From contig OZ024758.1 in NCBI GenBank assembly GCA_964016885.1, positions 39,618,001-39,682,000 of the forward strand: a stretch of 64,000 nt of DNA, given 5' to 3'. Source of the stretch: Eledone cirrhosa (taxonomy: Eukaryota). Made by a program: the position numbers and the translations under genes. Under the pieces are notes generated by a model that was given only the letters and a program-made list of their open reading frames with translations, ran no database searches and was not told the DNA's origin. This document shows, piece after piece, positions 44,195 through 57,995 of the stretch (the stretch's first letter is position 1; each line of letters begins with the position of its first letter).

Positions 44195-44249
<55 letters not shown>

Positions 44250-44376
44250 ACCATTGGTCAATCAATGCCAAATAAATTAACTATGGAGATATAAAAGATA
44301 CAGAAGCGAAAACCAACCAAACAGTGTTATTATTTCTGGCAATATTATTACAACAATATGAACCTCCCCAAGTATA
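44054..44376. repeat. Inverted repeat, ~110-120-bp arms around a (TA)n-containing spacer
   Basis: 44054-44175 (TACTTGGGGAGGTTCATATTG...TTTGGCA) is the reverse complement of 44266-44376 apart from one ~11-bp indel. Confidence 0.9.
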
Positions 44377-44394
44377 ACAATATATATATATATA

Positions 44395-44452
<58 letters not shown>

Positions 44453-44564
44453 TATATACACACACACATATATATATACACACACACATATATATACACA
44501 CACATATATATACACACACATATATATATACACACATATATATATATACATATATATATATACA

Positions 44565-46350
<1,786 letters not shown>

Positions 46351-46524
46351 TATATATATGTATATACATATATATATATATACACACACACACACAATTA
46401 TATAGAACAATAAAATATGGCACCAGATGTTCAACCCAAGACCTTATGATTGAGAACAGCACACCTGTAACCTCTAAGCTATATATCTTCACACAGACTT
46501 TCTGATAAAGACAGAAGTACCCAC

Positions 46525-46662
46525 CTGACTGACAGTTGTCTCCCCTGAAACCAGCTGCACATCCAACACTAGAACACACCCCAGATTTAATGTCGCAATG
46601 ATCGTTGTCAGCACAGTGGCACAAATACTGACAGTTCAAGCCAAAATAACCCTTTTTACATT
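46525..46662 (-). CDS. EGF-repeat exon 8 of a MEGF10/SREC-like multi-EGF protein gene
   Basis: 138 bp, tttttcag|...|gtgggt, phase 1-1; CKKGYFGLNCQYLCHCADNDHCDIKSGVCSSVGCAAGFRGDNCQS. Confidence 0.92.
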
Positions 46663-46784
46663 CTGAAAAAAAAAAAAAAAGAAAATAGAATTATATACAC
46701 AACATATATATAAAATTATACACAATAACACATATATACAATTATACACAGCTATAACATACATATACACAATTATACATAACT

Positions 46785-47142
46785 ATAATGCCAATGTGCG
46801 TGAATGACCAAGCATAGACGAGTTGAGAAAGAAACTGGGTATAAGAGGGATAAGTTGTGGTGTGTAGGAGAGAAGGCTGAGCTGAGATGGTATGGACATG
46901 TGATGCGCATGGAGGATGACCGCTGGGTAAAGAAGTGCCAAGAAATCCCAGTAGAAGGAAGACGCAGTAGAGGTAGACCATGAAAAACATGGGCGGAGGT
47001 GGTGAGAGAAGACCTCAAATTGCTGAAACTCACGGAGGAGATGACAAGGGACCGTGACGAATGAAGAGATGCCATGCTTAATAAGACCCGTCCCACCCTT
47101 GCAAGCAGGGAAAAGCGGACGTAAAATGATGATGATGATGAT
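46785..47142 (+). mobile_element. RTE-type LINE 3' fragment with (ATG)n tail
   Basis: WYGHVMRMEDDRWVKKC...GRRSRGRP and GGACGTAAAATGATGATG tail. Confidence 0.85.
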
Positions 47143-47620
47143 AATAATAAAATTATTGTGTACAGTGCTCAGGTGCACTACAACTCATCAATGGTGAATG
47201 TATAGTACATTAGTGAACAGACAGTGAACAGTGTATGAGTCATGAGATACACACAGACACATGCATGCGTGTGTATGGAGGGGGAATATCAGGTGTAGTG
47301 TTGGCGCAAAAAAAAAATAAAAGGAAATGCTTACAGCACCTAGGTTTCTCAAGTGGTTTCCCATCTAAGTACTAACTAGGCTCGAGTCAAGATATATGTG
47401 TGTGTGTGTATGTATGGAGGGGGAATATCAGGTGCAGGGTTGGCGAATTTCAGGCAACATGGAGGTTTTAAAGGATGCAGTGTCCCGGCAGCTAACAACT
47501 GATGCAGGTAGTTTGTTCCATGCTTCAGTGAATTTCAGGAAGCATGGAGGTTTTAAAGGATGCAGTGTCCTGGCAGCACACAACTGATGCGGGTAGTTTG
47601 TTCCATACTTCAGCAAATTT
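47143..47620 (-). mobile_element. CR1-like LINE 3' fragments (locally duplicated)
   Basis: EAWNKLPASVVSCRDTASFK C-terminal motif; same family as 54198-54455. Confidence 0.7.
47325..47385 (-). pseudogene. 5S rRNA 3'-half fragment (pseudogene or SINE3 relic)
   Basis: Minus strand GCCTAGTTAGTACTTAGATGGGAAACCACTTGAGAAACCTAGGTGCTGTAAGCATTT resembles the metazoan 5S 3' half and is followed by a T-tract. Confidence 0.8.
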
Positions 47621-48002
47621 TTATATATATTGATTGACCAACAGTTAAAAAATATAAATATAAATATAGTTTCTCAGAGTTTTTTCATCACATATCTGTG
47701 ACATCATCAGTGATATTTCTATGCTTGTCATATTCCTGTGATGTTTTCTTATTCTATTTTATTTATTTGCAGTAGTTCCAACGTAAAAGACTTTCATAAT
47801 AGTTGATCACTATAAATAACAGTTAGGAAAACCAGATAAAGTACATGTGGAGATAGAAAGAAGTAGACGGAGGGTCCTGTAAGGAACAGGTGCAAGTTTG
47901 CTTCCTTGCAAATACTTCTGTCTACATCTACCTTTCTCCTGAGATACTTTACTACCCACATTAACCTGTCACCTGTGGTCCATTACTGTCTACCAGGAAT
48001 AA

Positions 48003-48180
48003 TAATTGTTTCTACTTTAGGCACAAGGTCAGAAATTATCCAAGTGTATTACTGGTACTTTATTTTATCGACCCCGTAAGGATGAAAGGCAAAGTTAACT
48101 TCGGTGGGATTTGAACTCAGATTGTAAAGGGACATAACTATGCTGGAAAGCACGGCATCCGACTCTCTACTGATACTGCC
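48003..48180 (-). mobile_element. tRNA-derived SINE (family A)
   Basis: Same sequence family as 32658-32846. Confidence 0.85.
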
Positions 48181-49636
48181 ATAATATAGTTAGACTAGTT
48201 AGAAGTAGAAATAAAAGACTATTAAACATATGTAGTCATTAATAATATAGTTATACTAGTTAGTAGTAAAAGTAAAAGAGTAATACACCTATGTAGCCAT
48301 TAATAATATAGTTATACTAGTTAGTAGTAAAAGTAAAAGAGTAATAAACCTATGTAGTCATTAATAATATAGTTATACTAGTTAGTAGTAAAAGTAAAAG
48401 AGTAATAAACCTATGTAGTCATTAATAATATAGTTATACTAGTTAGTAGTAAAAGTAATAGAGTAATAAACCTATGTAGTCATTAATAATATAGTTATAC
48501 TAGTTAGTAGTAAAAGTAAAAGAGTATTAAACATATGTAGTCATTAATAATATAGTTATAGTAGTTAGTAGTAAAAGTGAAAGAGTAATACACCTATGTA
48601 GTCATTAATAATATAGTTATACTAGTTAGTAGTAAAAGTAAAAGAGTAATAAACCTATGTAGTCATCATCATCATCATCATCATCACCGTTTTACGTCCG
48701 TTCTTCCACGCTAGCATGGGTTAGACGGGTTGTCCTGTTGTGGGCAGTGTCTGGTCGGCTGACCATGCCTTGCTCATACAGGAACTGATCTGGCTTGATT
48801 TCTACAGCTGGATGCCCTTCCTAACACCAACCTCATTTACAGTGAGTGCTGGGTGCTTTTTCGTGGCGCCTACACGTCCACTTTACAGTGTGGGCTGGGT
48901 GCTTTTTTGCCGTGGCACCTCCACGACCACCTTGCGGTGGGGGGGGGGGGGATATTGTTTATATGCTTCAGCATGTACCCATGGGAGGTCGGGTACCCTG
49001 TATTACTGCGTGACGCCAGAAGTCACGGTCGTGTGTCATTAATAATATAGTTATACTAGTTAGTAGTAAAAGTAATAGAGTAATAAACCTATGTAGTCAT
49101 TAATAATATAGTTATACTAGTTAGTAGTAAAAGTAAAAGAGTATTAAACATATGTAGTCATTAATAATATAGTTATACTAGTTAGTAGTAAAAGTGAAAG
49201 AGTAATACACCTATGTAGTCATTAATAATTTAGTTATACTAGTTAGTAGTAAAAGTGAAAGAGTAATACACCTATGTAGCCATTAATAATATAGTTATAC
49301 TAGTTAGTAGTAAAAGTAAAAGAGTAATAAACCTATGTAGACATTAATAATATAGTTATACTAGTTAGTAGTAAACGTAAAAGAGTAATAAATATATGTA
49401 GACATTAATAATATAGTTATACTAGTTAGTAGTAAAAGTAAAAGAGTAATAAACCTATGTAGACATTAATAATATAGTTATACTAGTTAGTAGTAAACGT
49501 AAAAGAGTAATAAACATATGTAGACATTAATAATATAGTTATACTAGTTAGTAGTAAAAGTAAAAGAGTAATAAACATATGTAGACATTAATAATATAGT
49601 TATACTAGTTAGTAGTAAACGTAAAAGAGTATTAAA
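48181..49636. repeat. Minisatellite, 59-bp unit, interrupted by a LINE tail
   Basis: CATTAATAATATAGTTATACTAGTTAGTAGTAAAAGTAAAAGAGTAATAAACCTATGTAGT; about 8 copies before and 10 after the insertion. Confidence 0.96.
48664..49038 (-). mobile_element. 5'-truncated RTE-type LINE 3' end
   Basis: Reverse complement of about 52120-52487; (CAT)n tail on the plus strand. Confidence 0.92.
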
Positions 49637-49641
49637 CCAAC

Positions 49642-49779
49642 CAGTTTGACAATCAGTTCCTATATAGCCTGGTTCACAGTTGCCCTCTTCACAAACACCA
49701 TTGGTTCTGTTGCAGTATTTACTTTCTTCACAATGACAAACCTTTTGACAGTTAGACCCAAAAGTATTGCTTGGACAGA
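49642..49779 (-). CDS. EGF-repeat exon 7 (not in ORF track)
   Basis: 138 bp, ttcatccag|...|gttggt; CPSNTFGSNCQKVCHCEESKYCNRTNGVCEEGNCEPGYIGTDCQT. Confidence 0.92.
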
Positions 49780-49821
49780 CTGGATGAAATAAAGGATCAA
49801 ACAGAAATTTAGTAAATTTAA

Positions 49822-52688
49822 CCCTTTAGCATTTACATTACTTTATATATATATACTATTGTATTTTTACAGTAAACACTTTATCACATATTATGGAGTC
49901 TACGAGATTTTGATGATGATATTATTTATTTTGAGAAGAATACCTTAATGTCAGTATTGGTGACCGGTTATTGAAAGAAGTCAATATATAACCCTTTAGC
50001 ATTTACATTACTCATAGACATTCAATGTAGAAGAGAACTGGGAGTTCCTAAAAAATAACTTACTAGAGGCGACGGATGAGGTCTGTGGCTGGAGTAAGAC
50101 CTCAAGCAGGAGGAGAGTGACTTGGTGGTGGAACAATAAGGTATATGAGGCAGTTAAGGCCAAGAGACAGGCATGGAAAGAATGGAAGAACGGGGGGAGC
50201 AGGGTAAATTACATAGAGAACAAGAGGGAAGCTAGGCGACAAGTATACTTAGCTAGGAGGGAAGCAGAGGATAGAAAATTCAAGCATGTTTTGCAATGTA
50301 AGGACCAGAAACAGGAGGTGTTCAAGATTGCGAGGTAGTGTGTCAGAGAGAATTGTGATGTCATTGGAGAGAAGTGTATCCAGAATGATAAAGGTGAGCT
50401 TGCCCTCACAAGTGCTGAGAAGAAAGATGCATGGAAGAGTCATTATGATAGATTACTAAATGAGGAGAATGCATGAGAAGAAGAGACCCTACCCCAAGTA
50501 GACCCTATAGAGGGGCCAGCAGTACAAGTCAGCAGCAGCGTAGTAAGTAAGGCAATCAAAGATATGAAGATGGGGAAGGCAACCGGTCCATCGGGTATAG
50601 CTGCTGAGATGCTGAAGGCATCTGGGTCTGTAGGTCACACTATAACCACACGTATTGTTAACCAGGTAATACTAGAAGGTGTCATACCAAAAGATTGGTG
50701 CAGTAGCATTATTGTCAACTGCTACAAAGGTAAAGGTGATGCACTAGATAGAGGAAACTATAGAGGTATAAAGCTGATGGACCAGGTCATGAAAGTAACA
50801 GAAAGAGTTATAGCACAGTTGATTAGGGACCGGGTGAAACTAGATGAGATGCAATTTGGGTTTGTACCAGGAAGAGGCACCACTGATGCCCTCTTCCTTG
50901 TGAGGCAGTACAGGAAAAGTACCTAGCTAAAAGCAAGGCACTCTACCTGGCATTTGTCGATCTCGAGAAAGCCTTTGACAGAGTTCCACGTGCTGTAATC
51001 TGATGGGCTCTTAGAAAACTAGGAGTAGATGAATGGCTTGTGAAAGCGGTACAAGCCATGTATAGGGGAGCAGTCAGCAAAGTTAGGATTAGCAATGAGT
51101 ATAGCGAGGAATTTAGCGTACAGGTTGGGGTCCACCAGGGCTCTGTTCTTAGCCCCCTCCTGTTCATCATAGTCATGCAGGCAATAACGGAGGAGTTTAA
51201 GACCGGATGCCCATGGGAACTCCTGTATGCTGATGACCTCGCACTTATAGCTGAATCTATGGTAGAGCTAGAGAAGAAATTCCAAACTTGGAAGCAGTGA
51301 CTAGAAAGAAAGGGTCTCAAAGTCAACATGACAAAGACTAAGGTCCTTGTAAGTAGACGAGAAAACAGAACCCAGATCCCCTCAGGGAAATGGCCTTGCT
51401 CAGTATGTAGGAAAGGTGTAGGTAGGAACTCCATTCCCTGCCCCAAATGCAAACAATGGGTACACAAGAGATGTAGCGGGATCTCAGGAAGCTTAATTAA
51501 GAATGTAGGCTTCACATGCAGCAGCTGTGCTGGGACAGCACGCAGCAAAAAGCCACAGGAAACAAGTACCACCAATCTCTCGGAGGGCTCTGTAGAAAGA
51601 GTAGACAGCTTCTGCTACCTAGGTGACCGAATTAGCAGCGGAGGTGGGTGTTCAGAAAGTACAATAACTAGGGTAAGAACGGGATGGAAGAAGCTTAGGG
51701 AACTACTACCACTGCTAGCTGCAAAAGGCTTTTCCCTCAAAATGAAAGGCAGACTGTATGATGCGTGTATCCGAACAGCAATGTTGCATGGTAGTGAGAC
51801 CTGGGCGCTGAAGGTGGAAGACTTATGTAGATTAGAGAGAAACGAAGCCTGCATGCTCCGATGGATGTGTAACAGTAATATACGCGAATGACAAAGCATA
51901 AAGGAATTGAGAGAGAGACTGAGCATAAGAGGAATCAAATGCTGTGTGCAGGAGAGGCAGTTGCGTTGGTATGGACATGTGATGCGTATGAAGGATGACA
52001 GCTGCATAAAAAGATGCAGAGCACTAGAAGTCGATGGAAACCGCGGAGTGGGGAGACCCAAGATGACCTGGGATGAGGTGATAAAAACCGACCTTACCCA
52101 ATTCCACCTCTCAAAGGCGATGACACATGACCGTGACCTCTGGCGTCTCGCAGAAATACAGAGTACCCGACCTCCCATGGGTACAAGCTGATGCATATAG
52201 ACAATAAGCCCCCACACCCCCCACTTCAAGGTGGTCGTGGAGGTGCCACGGCAAAAAGCACCCAGCCCACACTGTAAAGTGGACGTGTAGGCAACACGAA
52301 AAAGTACCCAGCACTCACTGTAAATGAGGTTGGTGTTAGGAAGGGCATCCAGCTGTAGAAATCAAGCCAAATCAGTTCCTGTATGAGCAAAGCATAGTCA
52401 GCCGACCAGACACTGCCCACAACAGGACAACCCGTCTAACCCATGCTAGCGTGGAAGAACGGACGTAAAACGATGATGATGATGATGACTCTATATATAC
52501 TATTGTATTTTCATGGTAAAGGCTTTACCTCACATAAGTATCTCATAATGTCGAATATATGAGATTTTGATTTTATCTATTTTGAGAAGAATACCTTAAT
52601 GTCAGTATGAGTGGCCAGTTATGGCCGGTTTCAACAGAAAGAGGTGAGAGGATTCTGGTCAGATATGGCCAGTTTAAATGCTAAAGGG
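49822..52688. mobile_element. piggyBac-like (TTAA) MITE: partial copy at 49822, second copy 49992-52688 split by a LINE
   Basis: TIR CCCTTTAGCATTTA ... TAAATGCTAAAGGG|TTAA; uninterrupted relative at 57996-58217. Confidence 0.8.
50014..52487 (+). mobile_element. 5'-truncated RTE-type LINE with RT and PHD-like zinc finger, decayed
   Basis: NYRGIKL, QFGFVPGRGTTDA, FVDLEKAFDRV, GVHQGSVLSP, LLYADDL, C4HC3 finger, LRWYGHV; several stops and a frameshift; (GAT)n tail; apparent ACTC duplication at both ends. Confidence 0.95.
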
Positions 52689-52939
52689 TTAAACACCCCA
52701 GTGTTGAAATGTGGTAGTGCTGGTGCCATGATCAAGTGCACCAAGCCTACACTGGAAAATGGAAGTGTTTGATGCTGTGATAAAATGCATCCAGCCCATA
52801 CTGTAAAGTGTTAGTGTGGTACCATGATAAAAGTAGCAAGACCACCCTGGCATGTGGTAAAGGTGGTGCCATGAGGAAATGCACCCAGTACATGCTGTGA
52901 GGTAGTGTTAGGAAGGGCATCCAACAATAGAAACTATGC

Positions 52940-53620
52940 TAGAGAAACACTGGCACACTTGGAAAATTAGAAGCACACAGGTACAGTGGGAACATCAGAG
53001 ACACAGTGGGTACTCAAGAGGCACAATGGCTCACTGTGAACATCCAGAAGCACACTGGGATATTAGAGGCATACTGGCATACTGGGAACATTGGAGCACA
53101 GTGGGAACATCAGAGGCACACTGGAATATCAGTGGACACTAGGTACATAGGAGGCATACTGAGAACATCAGAGGCTCACTGGGCACATCAGAGACACACT
53201 GGGAATACAAGAGGCACACTGGGAACATCAGAAGCACAGTAGGCACATCCGAGGCACGCTAGGTATATCAGAGACACACTGGGAACACAAGAGGCAGACT
53301 GGGAACATCAGAAGCACAGTAGGTACATCAGAGGCACACTAGGTATATCAGAGACACACTGGGAACACAAGAGGCAGACTGGGAGCATCAGAGGCACAGT
53401 TGGCACATCAGAGGCACACTAGGTATATCAGAGACACACTGGGAACACAAGAGGCAGACTGGGAGCATCAGAGGCACAGTTGGCACATCAGAGGCACACT
53501 GAGCACATCAGAGACACACTGGGAATACAAGAGGCATACTGGGAACATCAGAAGCAGAGTAGGTACACAAGAGGCAGACTGGGAACATCAGAGGCACACA
53601 GGGCACATCAGGAGGCACGC
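52940..53620. repeat. Minisatellite of ~20-bp subunits (GGGAACATCAGAGGCACACT) with a ~60-bp higher period
   Basis: Visible tandem degenerate units. Confidence 0.9.
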
Positions 53621-53663
53621 TGTTAATAAATGAACATTTACAGTTTAAAATAAGCATACTAAC

Positions 53664-53801
53664 AAGCTTGGCAGTCATGACCAGTAAAACCAGGTAGACA
53701 CTTGTTGTTTGGACAGTGTCCAGTTTTAGGGTTACAGTTTGCACTGTCCTTGCATTTACAGGGATTTGAACAATGGACACCAAAATAACCAGCTTTACAC
53801 A
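53664..53801 (-). CDS. EGF-repeat exon 6
   Basis: 138 bp, ttttaacag|...|gttagt; CKAGYFGVHCSNPCKCKDSANCNPKTGHCPNNKCLPGFTGHDCQA. Confidence 0.92.
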
Positions 53802-53856
53802 CTGTTAAAATAAAACAAACAAGTAGAAATATCTAACATTACTTTACAAATATATA

Positions 53857-54923
53857 CAGGGTGCAGCATAAATACTGTTACAAAATATCAAATGAGTTTA
53901 AGTCATAATATTAATTACTTTATGCTTTGCAGCATAGAGTTACGGCCCTTTATGATCTGAGTTCAAATCCCGCCCAGATTAACTTTGCCTTTCATCCTTA
54001 CTGGGTCGATAAAATAAAGTACCAGTCACACACAGGGAGCGCTTTAATAGACCCCCCCCCCCACACATTTCTGGCCTTATGCCTATATAAGAAACCAATA
54101 ATAATTACTTTATTATTGATCTGATTGCTCAAATATTAACCTAATACTATATACTAACTGTTTTGGGGGTTATATAAGGATTCATTGCACATTTTTTCAT
54201 GTTCAGAGTTGCTGAAGCATGGAACAAATTACCTGCATCAGTTGTTAGCTACTGGGACACTACATCCTTTAAAACCTCCATGCTTCCTGAAATTCGCCAA
54301 CACTACACCTGATATCCCCCTTCCATACACACGCATGCATGTGTGTGTATTTCATGACTCAAACACTGTTCACTTTCCTGACCTTTATACATTATTCTAT
54401 GTACTATATATGCACCTGAGCAGTGTACACAATAATTTCATTATTATTATTATTTAAATGTCCTTAGAATTGAAAGGAAAATTCATAATTGGACAGCATG
54501 AAAAAAAGTAGACTCCACCTCAGATTTTTATAACTGGAAAACAGCTTGAAATTAACAGAATGCTCATAAAAAGGACCATTGATCACTTCAAAGAAACTTC
54601 CTCAACAAAAGCCAAGATCAGGACGTCCTAGCACCTTCTGAACACCAAAACTAATCAAATACATGCATGAGAAAATCAGATGTAAGCCAAAAAGATTCAT
54701 GAGAAAAATGGTGAAAGAGGCCGAAATTTCAGAGAGATCCATGAGGAGGCTATGTAAAGATGATCTCGAGATGTGAGAACAAAAGGAAAGCATATCAAAT
54801 AAGATTTCATGGTGTTAATAAACATTTTATTAATTACATTGTGCCACAATTGTAGCTAGGTACAATAAATATTGAAGGAGTTATAAGCATTTTATTTTGT
54901 AACAGTATTTATGCCGTACTATG
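53857..54923 (+). mobile_element. Tc1/mariner-superfamily relic with nested SINE (53928-54110) and CR1-like fragment (54198-54455)
   Basis: TA|CAGGGTGCAGCATAAATACTGTTACAAAAT ... ATTTTGTAACAGTATTTATGCCGTACTATG|TA; internal transposase N-terminal remnant KPRSGRP...KIRCKPKRFMRKMVKEAEISERSMRRLCKDDL near 54600-54770. Confidence 0.8.
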
Positions 54924-55023
54924 TAGTATTATGTGGTCAGAAACTCTCAAGAAAGTTGGACAGGAGAAGGTCACCAGAGAAGAACCACCCTCTCACCTCA
55001 TGCAAGGGTTTCAGCCATTAACC

Positions 55024-55316
55024 CAGGCATGGGCAACCTTTTTCGAGAAGCGGGCTGCATGAGATATGGCTCATCATCAGGGAGGCCGCAAGCGCTAATT
55101 TACATTTGCGCCCACATAAAAAAAAAAGGGTGATAACTCAGGTTGTTTTGATTGGTTTCTTCAGAATTCGTACACGTTGTTTTCCTCAATCGTTAAAAAT
55201 TATAGAAAGATAAATTACGACTGAAAAGTTGGGGTAAAAAAATCAGAAAGATTTCACTTAGGTGATTTAGGTGAGTCATTTAGAAAGCTTTGTGGGCCGC
55301 AGGTTACCCATGACTG
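55024..55316. mobile_element. hAT-type MITE
   Basis: TIRs CAGGCATGGGCAACCT / AGGTTACCCATGACTG; 8-bp flanks CATTAACC / CCTTAATC match at 6 of 8 positions. Confidence 0.75.
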
Positions 55317-55629
55317 CCTTAATCTATTTAACATTTACATTACTGTGTTTAAGTGTGTGTGAGTGAGTGCATTTGTGTGTTTTAATGTGAGTGTGTTTGT
55401 GTGTTTTAGTGTGTGAGTACATTTGAGCATTTAAGAGTGTGAAAGAGTATGTGTGTGAGTGTGTTTGTGTGTTTTAGAGTGTGAGTGCATGTGTGTGTTT
55501 ATGTGTATGTGTGTGTGAACTCTTTTATTCACCTCTTACAATAGGAAAGGACACTGTGCCAGTTATTTTGTGTCTCAACTAATTGCAACAAAGCTAATAA
55601 ACTTTCATGCTCTATTTAACACTAACACA

Positions 55630-56580
55630 AGTGTAAATGGTGTTAAACTTACAATCATGTTCTGGGTTTCATTCTTGGACTGGGTTGTGTGTTATGTTCT
55701 TGAGCAAAACATTATACTCAGTATGTATGTATGGTCCTGTAACTCCTGACAGAGTCGTAGAGGTGCCGTATTAACAGACATCATTTCTTGGGTATTTTAA
55801 GCCAGGCGGAGCCCATCCCTGTCCAGGCCTGAATACAGCAGATTTCTTCCAGAGAAAGATAGAAAGTGAGAGAGAGGAAATGAGAAAGAGATATAGAAGA
55901 AGAATCGACCCCAGTACTAGACTGGTACTTTTTTATTGACATCAAAAGGATGAAAGGCAAAGTTGACCTCAGCGGGATTTGAACTCAGAGAGCAGAGAGT
56001 TGGAACGAATACCACAAAGCATTCTATCTGATGTTCTAACGACTCTGCCAATTCACTGCCTATATACTCAGTATACTCAGTTGGAAATGAGTATCAACAA
56101 TTGCTGGGGGGTTTTCTCTGCAATGGACTGGTGTCCTGTCCAGGCTGGAATTGTTTACTGTCAGTCACTTAACACCATGGAAACCAAGGTAAACACTGGC
56201 CTGATTAGCATCCAGGCTTGAGACAGACTTTAGACTCAGAACAAGTAACAGCCAAATTATAGATTAGTATGATAAAAAGGAAAGGACACATTAAATAGTG
56301 TAGTCCTAGTTATGCAATGCCTGAGAAAAGGGTGGAATGTGCTTATCTCGGTTTCCATGGTGTGAAGCAACTGAGAGTATAGAATTCCATCCTGCACAGG
56401 ACTCCTGTCCTGTGCAGGATGGAATTTAAAATCCCCCAGCAATTGCTGGTACTCATTTTCAACTGAGTATACTACGCAAGAATGTTTTGCTTAAGAACGC
56501 AATGCACAGCCAAGTCCAGGAACCAAACCCACAACATTATGATTGTAAATCCAACAGCTTTACCACTTGTGTTAGTGTTA
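55630..56580. mobile_element. Cluster of old SINEs (family A copy on minus at ~55905-56060 nested among family B-like copies in both orientations)
   Basis: Recurrent GGATGAAAGGCAAAGTTGACCTC and TTTCCATGGTGTGAAGCAACTGAGAGTA motifs. Confidence 0.6.
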
Positions 56581-56785
56581 GATAGAGATGACAGTTCATT
56601 GATCTCATAACTAGTTTAAACTGTAAACAACTGACACAGTGTCCTTACATATTATAAAGAGGTGAATAAAAGATATTGAAAAAGATACTGTCAATTCACC
56701 AGCTTTTATTTTAATTTACAAATCTGCCCCCCCCCCCCCATAAAAAAAAAGACAGAATAGAAATTCGATATTTAGTTTTACTCAC

Positions 56786-56923
56786 CATTTTGGCAGTTTC
56801 TTCCTTCAAAACCAGCAACACATCTTCCGTCAGAACATATTCCTGTCACTGAGTCACATTTGTTGATGTCTACACAGTGACATATACCTTCACAGTTGCT
56901 GCCAAATCTACCATTCTGGCAGA
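56786..56923 (-). CDS. EGF-repeat exon 5
   Basis: 138 bp, ctttgaaag|...|gtgagt; CQNGRFGSNCEGICHCVDINKCDSVTGICSDGRCVAGFEGRNCQN. Confidence 0.92.
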
Positions 56924-57208
56924 CTTTCAAAGAAACAAAAACATTGTTTGTTAATAAAAAAAAAAGCAAACACTTTTTGGTTCAGAAACTTCTGGCGGAA
57001 TCCCAGTCTCATATTTTTATATGGTTTGAATATAAATATACTTCTCTACCTTTTTTTCATGGAACCCCAGACATTCATTTGCAGAACCCTTGGGTTCCAT
57101 GGATCCCACTTTGGGAATGACTAATAAAGAACACCCTAAAGTTTGGAGAGATAAAACAAGAATTCATATATGTTGCACAGAGTAATTAGCTTCTTTCATT
57201 TCACTCAC

Positions 57209-57346
57209 CTGTTTGACAGTTGTTACCTTTATAGCCAGGTGTACACCCACCACTCGAACAGGTACCAGATTTAGGGTTACACGTGCTATTGTCATAGCAG
57301 TAACAGCTATAGCTACAATCTTTACCAAACTTGCCACTGGAGCACT
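57209..57346 (-). CDS. EGF-repeat exon 4 (not in ORF track)
   Basis: 138 bp, atatttcag|...|gtgagt; CSSGKFGKDCSYSCYCYDNSTCNPKSGTCSSGGCTPGYKGNNCQT. Confidence 0.92.
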
Positions 57347-57392
57347 CTGAAATATAGAGCTATTATTTATTATTTATTCATGAGTGAATAAG

Positions 57393-57660
57393 AATTGTTT
57401 CGACTTTTGACATAAGGCCAGCAATTACCCCAGTGCATTACTGGTACTTTATTTTATCGACCCCGTAAGGTCGAAAGGCAAAGTTAACCTCTGTGGGATT
57501 TGAACTCAGACCGTAAAGAACCATAACTCTATGCTGCAAAGCATGGCATCCGACGCTCTACCGATACTGCCAATCCACCACCCTCACGATTCAATAATAA
57601 TTATTTCTACTTTTTGCACAAGGCTAGCAATTATCCCAGTGTATTACTGGTACTTTATTA
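57393..57660 (-). mobile_element. tRNA-derived SINE (family A) plus a partial copy
   Basis: Same family as 32658-32846. Confidence 0.85.
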
Positions 57661-57995
57661 GTAATGCACTGGATAACAATAATGTTATAATAGTATTATA
57701 ATATCATTAATATTCAGTTTGTTTGCCAGCAAACAGCCTCATAAACACCACGTGTGTTTTCTAGATGAACAATGTCATCCTTTTGTTGTAAAAGGGAAAG
57801 AAATGGGCAGAACTGTTGGAGTGTTTGTTGGATGAAATGCTTTGCAGAACTTCTGAGTTCTGAGTTCAAATCTTGCTCAGGTCAAACTTGAATGTCATTT
57901 TTACAAGCTTGATAAAATAATGTACCAGTTAAATACTGGGGTAGATATAATCAACTGACTTTCTCTTTACTCCAAAATTAAGAAATCATTATTAA

